Positions 13,406 to 23,724 of a stretch of 64,000 bases of DNA are shown here, piece by piece (positions within the stretch are counted from its first letter, which is position 1; every line of letters starts with the position of its first letter). The position numbers were made by a program, and so were the translations under genes. Source of the DNA: Azolla caroliniana (Eukaryota; Plantae; Polypodiophyta). Location: the NCBI GenBank assembly GCA_043228905.1, contig JBHGNT010000008.1:11904001-11968000 (forward strand), read 5' to 3'. The notes beneath the pieces were generated by a model, which ran no database searches, had not been told where the DNA came from, and saw nothing but the letters and a program-made list of their open reading frames with translations.

Positions 13406-15623
13406 AAACCCTAATAGCGATTATTAAACCTAAATTCTAATCATACCTGAATGTCGTGAGTCGTTGAAACTTGGTAAGCAGAGTGCACTGTGTAGATCGT
13501 TGGAGGCTACGTGGGAGAGGAGAGGAGTGCGTAACGTTACGTGCAGAGAAGAAGAGGGAAAAAGAGGGAAAAAAGGAAAAAAAAAAATGAAAAAATGAAA
13601 AAAAAGTGAAAAAAAAGGAAAAAAAAAACACACGAACTTTTTAATATCATTCGTGTTCATTTTCCAACGTAGGAAAACAAATGATAAGCCTGACGAACAC
13701 GAATTTTACGTACTATGCATAGGATTATATTATATGCATTGAACATAATAAATTGCAACTTATGTTGCTTCACCCTCTCATTATGATAGGCTAGTTTAGA
13801 AATCACACTAGTACACATGAAATATTATATTTAAACCATTTTCGTCCATTGGAAACGAAATTGACTATCCTACCCTCATCAATTAATCTAAGAACAAACA
13901 CTATGACGATGCCATTGAGACTTCTACATGAATTGAGAAACCTTAAACTATGAGATATGAAATTAAGAGTCTCGCATAATACCATATATTTTGCATAGTT
14001 TGTTCTTATTATTCCTAATCAGCTTAAATAAATTGTATGTACTTCATTATGTCGAACGAAATATTCTCTTCATTAACCATCGGTTTTTTATTGTTGTACA
14101 TTCTTTGAATGCATTCATAAGTTGTAAAGATGGGTTCTTATTCACATTTTTTGCTGTTCTTTGTAAAATGAGAATAATATGTGTTCAAGTGTAGTGTCTC
14201 GCCTAATGAAAACAACAAATATAAGATCAAAATACGAGGCATGGCAAAAGCATCATTTCTATATGTGGTGCCAATATATAGAGTTTGAGATAGATAGATA
14301 GATAGATTATTGTCTTTGGGGGTCAAATATGACCAATGAGACCAAAAATATTACATTTCATGTAATACATGTGTAAGTGAGTGGCAACTCTCAATGTTTA
14401 AGAACTTTACCAATGAATGTTGCAATCGAGAGTGCACATTGCGGTTGTGAGAGAAATTCATGCAAGGATTGGGTGTTGGTCGAAGATAAATTGTTTAGTG
14501 GTCACTCTTTTTTGGAAACATCTCAATAATATAGGATACAATTAACACCACTAGTAGCAATGATATTATATGTGATTATGCTTTGGACGAAGTGCATGTT
14601 AGAAGAGAGGCCCATGATCATTGTACAGTTGTTTGAAAGTTTTTCTATTAAGAAATTAGGTTTCTCTTAGTTTTGAATTATTTTATATAAATATCATTCA
14701 CATCTTAAAAATATGACCAATAACAAATGCTCAGAAGTCAAGAAGGATAACCCTCTCCCAATCCATTGTTTAATTGTATCTGTAGAATATTATCATTCAA
14801 AATCTATGCAATACTTCAAATCAAAGTAGCAACCCTTATCAATTTAAAGCATAAAAATGGGGATTGAAGCTCCAAGTGTTTGAATGTAAAAATGCTAGTT
14901 GCCTTTGCTTAGCTTGTTTGAAAATGTTATGTAATGCAATCTTATGAATAAAATGGTGGTTGAATGTCATAAAATGTCTATGAGACAGGCGAAACACGAG
15001 AGGTAATATTGTGTTGATGATGGCAATATTTTTTAGGATGAGTGGTTCATACATAGCATAAGATACCTTAGGTGTCATCATCTAAGAAATAAGTAATTTA
15101 TATTATGTCAATTTAGAAAAGTTACCCAAAACCATGTTTCACATTTGATTTGACTATCTTCACCAAAGGATAGCCCAATGAGCATTGATTTTCACGAAGT
15201 GGAACGTGGATAAGCAACTGGAGACGATTCTCTCACTCGCGTGGCCGGGCCCCCCTAGGAATAATACACCCCTAGGAATAATACAGTAGCATGCATAATC
15301 ACATCACAATTCACAATTCACAAGTTACAACCACCACCTCCTCAGCCTTTTCTATCTCAATTCCCTCTCTAGACTCTCTACAAATACCACATAAACCAAC
15401 GTCCCAACAACCTATAGGCTATACATATCATACACATACATACATACATGATACATATATTATTTATTTATTTATTGGACCAAGTTATTGAACACAGACA
15501 CTCTTTTTAATTTTGTGAGTGTTGACTGTGAGGTCTTGACTCTTGAGCCGTCCGTACGGCCACCACAATTTAAACACTTGTATTTGCCTCGCTGTTCTCG
15601 TCTTTTATTTATGTACATATTTC

Positions 15624-15654
<31 letters not shown>

Positions 15655-15929
15655 TCTGTTTTATTTAGGAGGAGGAGTGAGGAGTGAGGATCAGGAGAAC
15701 AATAATAACTGTGGAAGCTTTTGCTTAATGAATCTTAGACTTTGCTTCTTCTTCTTCTTCTTCTTCTTCGTTTTTGTCTCCTCCTCAGACTTCTTTCTCT
15801 GTCTTTTCTTACATTTCAAGTGCTAAATTCTGGTTTAAATCAGCGATTCCTGTTGTCCGGGCTGTCCTTAGTTCTGTATATGTATATTACCGCCGCCGCA
15901 AATATAAAATTTGATTTCAAAGCTTTGGG

Positions 15930-16005
15930 ATGGCATCCATGATCAATTCTCAGCACCTCCTGATTTTGGCCTTCCGTATCGTTCTGCTCCTCCATCTCTT
16001 CTCCG
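15930..16005 (+). CDS. Exon 1 of a putative secreted peptide precursor (signal peptide)
   Basis: ATG 15930 gives MASMINSQHLLILAFRIVLLLHLFS, then donor CCG|GTAAG (phase 1). Confidence 0.65.
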
Positions 16006-16649
16006 GTAAGATTAGTTCTTCTTCTTCATCATGGGCAAAAAAAATTATCATGAATTTTCATCCTTAGATTTATTAGGTTCCCTGTGCGTCTAATGGATTC
16101 TCTAGGTAGCTTAGCCAGGCTGGGTCTCTAAGTGAAATCCTCATTGCCTCCTTAAGTAGTAGGGGCCATCGTTAAGTGTGAAATCGGTTGTAGCTACCAA
16201 AAAGCTAAGCTTTCTGGGAACGCTGTCCTTCGGGGAAATGAAGTACTGGAATCCTGAATTAGGATTAATTAAGTAATGCGTCTCTTTGATTACGTGTGTG
16301 TAATTAAGCAATGCGATGTCTTTATAACTGGCAATTGTGTGTGGATACTCATCATTTAGATTCTGGACTCTAGCTATAGGTAATGAGGTAATGGAATTAC
16401 CCGTGATTATGGCTAATCACCCCGTGGCCTCCGTTATGTTATGGGCTATTATTATTTATATTAAGTACTTAGCGTCGTTCTCTTTTAGCCTAAGTAGGTG
16501 GGTGGATTGAGCAGCAAAATGTAATGTGCGATTAATGGAAATGAAATGTAGGCCCTTTTACTGAGTGAGTGAAGAATTCAATTTCTCTAACGGTACGGAT
16601 GTGATGATGAGTGATGAATGGGGCATGTCATGTATTGATGAGGATGATG

Positions 16650-16684
<35 letters not shown>

Positions 16685-16688
16685 GCAG

Positions 16689-17097
16689 GTGGGTTGAGAG
16701 GGGCAGGTCGGAGGATTAATAATGGTGACAGTGGGCACGACGATGGATGGTGGGTGTTGAAGAAGTGGAGGATGATCAATGGAGTCGATGGGCATGAGAA
16801 GGAGAAGGAGGAGGAGAAGGAGAGATCAAGAAGGTGGAATGATGGATGGGGAACAACAACAAAGATGACCAAGGAAAGCCACCGACTATTGATGATGCAT
16901 AAGAATAATAAGAATAATAAGAATAATAAGAATAAGGAGGTGGAGGTGGAGGTGGAGGTGGAGGTGGATTATGCAGGGGATTACAGTTCGGAAGCCAATA
17001 ACAGCACACAATCCTCCTCCTCCTCCTCCTCCTCCTCAATTTACAGGAACTACTATAGTTATCCATATAATCATAACAATGCAACAACTAATGTCAG

Positions 17098-17132
<35 letters not shown>

Positions 17133-17191
17133 GCAGCTATCCTCCTCCACCGTCTCATGTCGGTAAACCTCCCACCTTATTACTACCTTAA
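16689..17191 (+). CDS. Exon 2 of a putative secreted DY-motif (PSY-like) peptide precursor, ~192 aa spliced
   Basis: Acceptor GCAG|GT at 16688 restores the frame of ORF 16694-17191, which contains RLLMM...EVEVDYAGDYSSEANN and a Pro-rich C-terminus. Rich in trinucleotide microsatellites. Confidence 0.6.
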
Positions 17192-18442
17192 ATTAATAAA
17201 AACGCAAGAGCAGCATCAGCATCAGCATCAGCCTCAGCCTTCTTCAGAATCAGGAAGGACCCTGCACCTTCTGCTAACCATCATGATAACAGCCACTTCC
17301 CGCGCATGCTCACAACTAATTAGCCTTATAATTAGCCACTACCAATCTTTTCTAAGGCCCTTGGAATCTTCTTATTCTCTATATTACTACATTTTATAAT
17401 GTCGAGTTATCTATCAGTTTCAATTCCTCCTTCCTGTACTGTACTGTACTGTACTGTACTGGGAAGGAGACTCAGACTAGTAATTTATTAATTATGTATG
17501 TGCTTGTCGTAGTTTCTCAAGCCTGCTATGACTATGACGGCTAGTTCAACATATTTAATGTAGACTCCAATGCAATGTATTTATTTACATATGTATATCA
17601 ATATGTATGGGTATGGTTTCCCTGCATCTGACTTAGAAGCCGCCGCCTGTTCTCCTTTGTGCCCAACAACAAAAGCAAGCACATCAAAGCTATGTATTGT
17701 ATGGGTAGAACTTAGAAGACGCCCATGGCCCTATGATGTGTTGATGAAATGTGTGTGCGCGTGTGTTGGTCACCCAAATAAGATTTGGTTAGAACTTAGA
17801 CGTATGTACATTGATAGCTCTACATGGATTTGCTTGATTTGGTAGGAGGTTTTTTGGCCATATGCTTAGCTAGCACACAGTTTCCCATTAAAATATGATC
17901 AATTCATTATTAATGTTTGCCTTTGGAATTGTTTATAATGGATGGTATCTAGCACACACTTACCATCGATTCCATTCGATTAGGGATGCATGGTGGTTTT
18001 GTCATTGTTTTATATTTTCTTTCCAAGGAATATTAACCATCTTGGATTCTTGATGCTGCGTTGATCCTTAGATTGTTGACCTTTCCTTTCTATGAATGAA
18101 ATGATCTCATAACATTTGAAAAGGTCACATACTTCTCATTTCAAATAGAATACGCGAGTCCATTCGTTATGATTTTAAGTATTTGTGAGCACCTTAGTGA
18201 TTTTAGGGACTTCAATTCACTTGACTATATCCTTAAGAATCTAATTTTCTTCTATGATGCAATGTGCATGTTTGTCCGCGAATATTACTTAATGCCATGA
18301 ATGCTCCACAAATAGGAAGCCATTTGAAATACTAGATTGAGGGGCAATCTAAATTCAATGGCTTATTGAGTAGTCAAGTCAATCATAAACTTTCTAGACA
18401 AAAAAAGATACGATGTTTTATTATGCCTACCTAACTCAATCT

Positions 18443-19072
18443 TGTTCGAACATTTTGATGGGATTAAGATTCGAAAAGACAAACAAATGGCTTAAAGACA
18501 AAGACACAAGATTTACGTGGAAAACCCTAAAACAAGGAAAAACCATGGGAGCCCTCTGGGCACCAAAACTTCACTATGATCTGAGTGTACAATTTGTTAT
18601 AGACTCCCTAAATCACTAGGAAAATACCAAAAACTCTCAAGGGCCACAACCTTTGGACAGTAGTCTACGTCACACTCAGCGAATAACACAATAGAGAACA
18701 AAGTAAAGAAAACAAGAATCATAGAACTTGATTCTTGGAGAAGCGAGGGACAACAATCCAACCTTCAAATGCATGCTTCTTGAAAGCACAAGCAGAACCA
18801 CTAGAGTCTCCTAACTCTGTAGTGTTCTCTTCTATTTGTTCTCTTATCTATCTCGTTCTCTATCTCTCTCACATTCTCTGTCTCACTCATGCTATGCTCA
18901 CACATAGATATTTTTCACTACTGTCTCTATATATCTTATATCTAGCCTCTAACGCGTTTTTCCATATATGAATGCCTATTTTTTGATCTTCTGGCCGATT
19001 TCTGCCATCCGGTCCTCGATCTCAGTCGTCTTCTCCCATGAGGAGGGAAACACACACAACAAACTCCCCCTT
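18443..19072 (-). mobile_element. Copia-type 3' LTR (18443-19061) with adjacent PPT; internal region lost
   Basis: TGTT...AACA termini, minus-strand GGGTTTTCCACGTAAAT motif, PPT GGGGGAGTT next to the LTR. Confidence 0.7.
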
Positions 19073-19077
19073 CACTC

Positions 19078-19864
19078 TGTCACGAACAAGTATAATAGAG
19101 CAAAGAGAAGACAAGACTAGAACACAAGAGAGAGGAAAAGAACAAGAAATCAAATTATAGAATTAGTAATTGGTGTTGTTCACCTTGATTAGAATCAAGG
19201 TGCACTTGAGTATTTATACAAGAAGGTAGGGCTATGTAAGCCAACTAGAAATAGAGTATACATAAGGATGCATGCAATGGAGAATGCATGAGGATGCATG
19301 CAATAGAGAATGCTTGAGGATGCATGCAATAGGGAATGCATGAGAATGTGTGTAAGCTAGAAACTTCCAATGTTCAATCTACATTACATGAAGTCGGATT
19401 TGGTACATTGATGCATAGGTAGCTCAATTGGTAGGGTTTCTCAATAGAGACCATGAGGTTTTGGGTTCAATCCCTACCTTCCTCCGTGGCATATGTCTAT
19501 GAAATACGCTCCCTTTAAGGTTGCCTCCTAACACCCGCGGCCGGTTTATGAGGGAATCGTTCAAGAAAAGTGGGAATTGCCTCCGGCGCATTTTGTAAAT
19601 GTGTAACTAGTTCTCATGTGCTGTCCGAAAGAGGGTAACCTTTCCATAAGACCAAGTATTGAAGTCTTCGGCAATGCAAGCGGGAGTCGAGGATCTGGTC
19701 AACCTCTTACTCTTCACGTGTCGATAATTCCACAGGCGATGACGGAGGAGGATGTCGTCCCGGAATGTGAGAAGGATGGTGGGGGTCGAGGAAAGAGACG
19801 TGCAAAACATCGTGAAGCTGAAATGTGGGGGGAAGCGCTAACCAGAAGGCAACTGGGTTAACAC
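19078..19864 (-). mobile_element. Chromovirus 3' end: integrase C-terminus, chromodomain and 3' LTR (19078-19504)
   Basis: PVAFWLALPPTFQLHDVLHVSFL then [11 protein letters not shown]...[17 protein letters not shown]; purine tract at 19505-19518. Confidence 0.85.
19413..19485 (+). other. tRNA-like A/B-box module in a chromovirus LTR
   Basis: TAGCTCAATTGGTAG (A box) and GGGTTCAATCCC (B box). Confidence 0.6.
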
Positions 19865-20572
19865 TGTCGTGCCTTTCGGCTCCGGATCGTTTGCGTGAGT
19901 CGGGTGGGAACCACTGTGGTTTTGGACTAAGAGGAGGAAGAATTTGAGACAAGTTTATAGTTATGAATAGATTATTAGAAAGATAGGTAAGTTATTAATC
20001 TCGTGAATCTCACGAGTTTAGTGTATTTAATCAATATTTAGATAGTAAGAGACAATTTTTATAACAAATTCTTGAATCCCACGAATATATTATATTAATT
20101 GGCAGCGTTTTAGGAAATATATCCAATTTCCCAAATATTTTTCACACCACTATTACATTGTGCTCCCCATCCTTATGTAGTGATGAGGGAGTCTTAGGAA
20201 TCCATGTTTCTCTTTTTTTTTCTAACTATAGACTCCATGCTTTTCCTATAGATAGACTATATGCTTTATCTAAACTGATTATGCTTTTCCTAACTTGTGC
20301 ATTTTTTTTATCAACTATAGCGTTCATGCACGCTCGATGTGCATGCGTAACTTTCTCTTTTAGCATGCGTTTTTCTTTTAACTAAAGTTCATCCTACGTG
20401 AACTTACCTTTTTTATGTGGGACATCTGCTTTTTAACATGAATGAAATGCTAGTGTAATGGTAAGACATTACATTATTAACATGGAGGTGTAAGGTTCAA
20501 ATCTTGCCCTATGCATGTAATGCTTATTTTGATATTTTCTTCTTCTTTTTTTCTTCATATTTATTCAATCGG

Positions 20573-22324
20573 TTATTTTATATTATTTTCACGTAGTATA
20601 CAAAATACACTACGACACTCGCCCCCTCCGAATCCGCACATCCTCCGGTATGTGCCGAAGTTGTCGGTGATTGTTAGTCTCGTCCGTCCATTCTCCGCAT
20701 GGTTGGTTTCGTCGCCGGTCATTTTTGGTTGCCGGCCCCGTTCGGTCTCCGGTTTTTGGTTGCCGACTCCGCCCGGTTTCTGGTACAGTTCAGTTGCCGG
20801 CTTTGTCCGGTCTCCGGTTACCGGCCCTCGTAATTCTACGTTACTTGTTGTACCCTTGGTTTCTCTTGCTATGTCAGCTTTGTCTCTCCATTTTGAGCAC
20901 ATCCATTCTTTCCACCCGAACCATTGTCCCCATCCGATCCACCATAGTCTTCGTTCATTCTTTGCATTGCCATGAGTGGTTGTCATGGTCCCTTGTGGTA
21001 CTCTTGAGCATCTCGGTGTGTTGTCTCTCTCCACTTCGCGCTTGTCTTCCATAGGTTCTACCCAAGCATCGATCTCGACCTCCGAATACGCGCTCGCTGT
21101 TAGGTCCTTGTGCGGCTTTAATGCGTGCTTTATTTCTCGTTGTTGCGCATGCGTCGTATTACGCCGTAGCGCATGCTTCGTATTCCATCGTAGTGCATGC
21201 GTCGTATTACCCCGTAGTGCATGCTTCTTTTTGCACCGTAGTGCGTGCTTCTTTTTGCGTCGTAGCGTGTGCTTCTTTTTACGCCGTAGCACGTGCTTCT
21301 TTTTACGCCGTAGCACGTGCTTCTTTTGGTGCCGTAGCGCATGCTCTGTATTACATGCTTCTCCCATCGTAGACCCGACCTTCGTGTTGTCGTGCTTTTG
21401 TTTACATCGGAATTTCAGACGGATCATCTTCCATCCGAACCGACTTCCGACTTTACCTTCCTTGCCGCCACCTCCCGTCTCTCCGGTCTCACGTTGGTTC
21501 TCGGACACAACCACCGAAGTCTCTAGAATTAGTGGGTAGGAATCCTCGGTATTATCATCCTCCATTGTTTCACCCATAGCCACCTTCTCGGCTATCTCTC
21601 CGTCGTATGAATCGGCTTCGACCTTTGTTTTCTCTCCACCACCTTCTGTCTCTTCGGTCTCACGTTGCCTTTCGAACGCAACCGCCGGAGTCTCTGGAAT
21701 CAGTGGTGGGGAAATCTCGATATGGCCATCCGCCATTGATTCGTCCATAGCCACCTTCGATTCGATGTCATCTTTTGTGGCGACCTCCTCAATCAAGTCC
21801 TCCTTGCTCTCTTTCACTACATCAATTATGCAAACATCAATTATGCTTACCCCTTTTTCACCCAATGTTTCGGACATTTGTATTCCGAAATCTTCTTCTA
21901 CACTTGGGTTATCAGCCTTATCCTTCGCCGTCATTCTTTGGCAAGACAAGAGGGTAGCTTGTTTCACACCCTCTTCCGTCGCACCATCATGTTGTATTTC
22001 GGCCTTCATATCGGCTCGATCGTTTGTCTTCAATCGACCATCCTTCATCGGCCATGTTGTTGACAAGATTCTCATCTTCCTCTCATCATGTCTCCGGCAT
22101 ACCCTTTTGACTTTGGCCCAATCCTTGGTAAGACCGTTCACACTATCATCATCTTCGAGCTCGATCCCGATGTCCATCCTTTCTTTCCGATCAATCGATC
22201 TTACAAACATTAGGACTTTATCCTCCCCCACCAATCGTTGTTCCCGCTCCAAGAGTCGAGTAAAATGATGCTCGAACTCTAGGAATACTTGTGTTGCACT
22301 TCGGTGGGTCTTCTCCGATGCCAC
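20573..22324 (-). CDS. Gag-derived ORF with an acidic region and basic 10-aa tandem repeats (KKHALRRKKK-like)
   Basis: 583-aa ORF. The N-terminus (DKVLMFVRSID...GLTKDW) matches gag at 40054-40707. 30-bp repeats at ~21120-21350. Confidence 0.6.
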   Translation of the reverse strand: MASEKTHRSATQVFLEFEHHFTRLLEREQRLVGEDKVLMFVRSIDRKERMDIGIELEDDDSVNGLTKDWAKVKRVCRRHDERKMRILSTTWPMKDGRLKTNDRADMKAEIQHDGATEEGVKQATLLSCQRMTAKDKADNPSVEEDFGIQMSETLGEKGVSIIDVCIIDVVKESKEDLIEEVATKDDIESKVAMDESMADGHIEISPPLIPETPAVAFERQRETEETEGGGEKTKVEADSYDGEIAEKVAMGETMEDDNTEDSYPLILETSVVVSENQRETGETGGGGKEGKVGSRFGWKMIRLKFRCKQKHDNTKVGSTMGEACNTEHALRHQKKHVLRRKKKHVLRRKKKHTLRRKKKHALRCKKKHALRGNTTHALRWNTKHALRRNTTHAQQREIKHALKPHKDLTASAYSEVEIDAWVEPMEDKREVERDNTPRCSRVPQGTMTTTHGNAKNERRLWWIGWGQWFGWKEWMCSKWRDKADIARETKGTTSNVELRGPVTGDRTKPATELYQKPGGVGNQKPETERGRQPKMTGDETNHAENGRTRLTITDNFGTYRRMCGFGGGECRSVFCILRENNIK

Positions 22325-22703
22325 CCATTCGTTGAATTCTCACCGATCTTGTCCCTTCGATCTCTTGTAATCATATGCCTCTCGTAAAGCTTCTTCGAAT
22401 GACCCCCATGTCGAGTTTTGTTGCCGTATCTTGTGGATTCTCTCTTGTAGCTCATCCGTGGCTACCTGACTGAAGGATATCACTTGCAATCCTTCCGGTA
22501 TCCCACATCGCATCATCTCCGCTTTGTAGTCACGTAGATAGCGTGACACATCATTTCCGTTGAATTGCCCGTTTCGTTACACAAGCTGCTCTACTGCTGA
22601 CTTCATTTCCGACATCGCATGTTGCTCTTGTTGCATTCGCTCAATCATCATCATCATCATGCTCATCGCCTCTTGTTGATTCTCCATCTCCTTGCCACCC
22701 GCC

Positions 22704-22721
22704 TTCACGTCGGGTTCACCA
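22704..22721 (-). promoter_or_regulatory. Primer-binding site for tRNA-Trp
   Basis: TGGTGAACCCGACGTGAA is complementary to the 3' end of plant cytosolic tRNA-Trp as I recall it. One-mismatch copies lie at ~40637-40654 and 46300-46317. Confidence 0.85.
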
Positions 22722-23221
22722 CTTGTGTCATGCCTTTCGGCTCCGGATCGTTTGCGTGAGTCGGGTGGGAACCACTGGGGTTTTGGACTAGGAGGAGGAA
22801 GAATTTGAGACAAGTTTATAGTTATGAATAGATTATTAGAAAGATAGGTAAGTTATTAATCTCGTGAATGTCACGAGTTCAGTGTATTTAATCAATATTT
22901 AGATAGTAAGAGACAATTTTTATCACAAATTCATGAATCCCACGAATATATTATATTACATTGTGCTCCCCATCCTTATGTAGTGATGAGGGAGTCTTAG
23001 GAATCCATGCTTCTTTTTTTTCTAACTATAGACTCCATGCTTTTCCTATAGATAGACTATATGCTTTATCTAAAGTGATTATGCTTTTCCTAACTTGTGC
23101 GTTTTTTTTATCAACTATAGTGTTCATGCACGCTAGATGTGCATGCGTAGCTTTTTCTTTTAGCATGCGTTTTTCTTTTAACTAAAGTTCATCCTACGTG
23201 AACTTACCTTTTTTATGTGGG

Positions 23222-23724
23222 GTGTATATTTCACAATTAGAATAAAATTTACAAAATGTAGCATAACATGTGTCACAACCAACTTAGTATGAAGTATGAG
23301 GAGGGTGCTTTATATATAGTCACCCTCTCTCTTCATTAACTAACTACAACAACCACTCTCTCTTGGGGAATGTGAAGACTCATAGTCATGGGGAATATGT
23401 AACTCATTAGTTATGTGTCATAGAATATGATTCTATGACACATAGTTAATGTGTAGAAAGAAAGTGGTGTGACTCTTGACCTTTGAGTAATCATAGATTC
23501 TCAAAAGGTGTGTTCACATGTTGGACTATGTTGAGCTTGATTCTCAACACACCCCCTCAAGCTCAAGTCGGGTCGGTTCCTTTTGATTGATGCTCGCTTC
23601 GGCTGGTATTTGGTTCGGACAATCTCCGGTGTCCGCTTCGGCTCGTACCTTGTTCAAATGATATATGTTTCTTGCTTGTACTCCCCCTCAAGCTTGGCAA
23701 GTCTGGGATTGTCGATCGAAGGTC
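23222..23724 (-). mobile_element. Copia 3' fragment (partial LTR to 23549, PPT, 3' tail)
   Basis: Homologous to ~8330-8720 (GATTCTCAACA CACCCCCTCAAGCTCAA). Confidence 0.85.

Larger units (their letters stand above)
19865..23221 (-). mobile_element. Non-autonomous gag-only tRNA-Trp-primed gypsy derivative
   Basis: 3' LTR 19865-20617; PPT GGAGGGGGCGAG; truncated 5' LTR 22726-~23221; 2.1-kb interior with no pol. Confidence 0.85.

Noticed and set aside
13800-15200. Short ORFs as host genes
   Set aside because: AT-rich, with no recognisable motifs or consistent splice model.
16084-16600. Group II intron or hammerhead ribozyme
   Set aside because: GTGCG is present, but I could find no domain V or CUGANGA/GAAA core.
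16651-17399. Alternative-frame ORFs with poly-P, poly-I or poly-Y
   Set aside because: Shadow frames of trinucleotide microsatellites.
19413-19485. Functional tRNA genes (also 5914, 20443, 35387, 41138, 45331)
   Set aside because: Acceptor and anticodon stems do not pair properly, and all copies are internal to LTRs.
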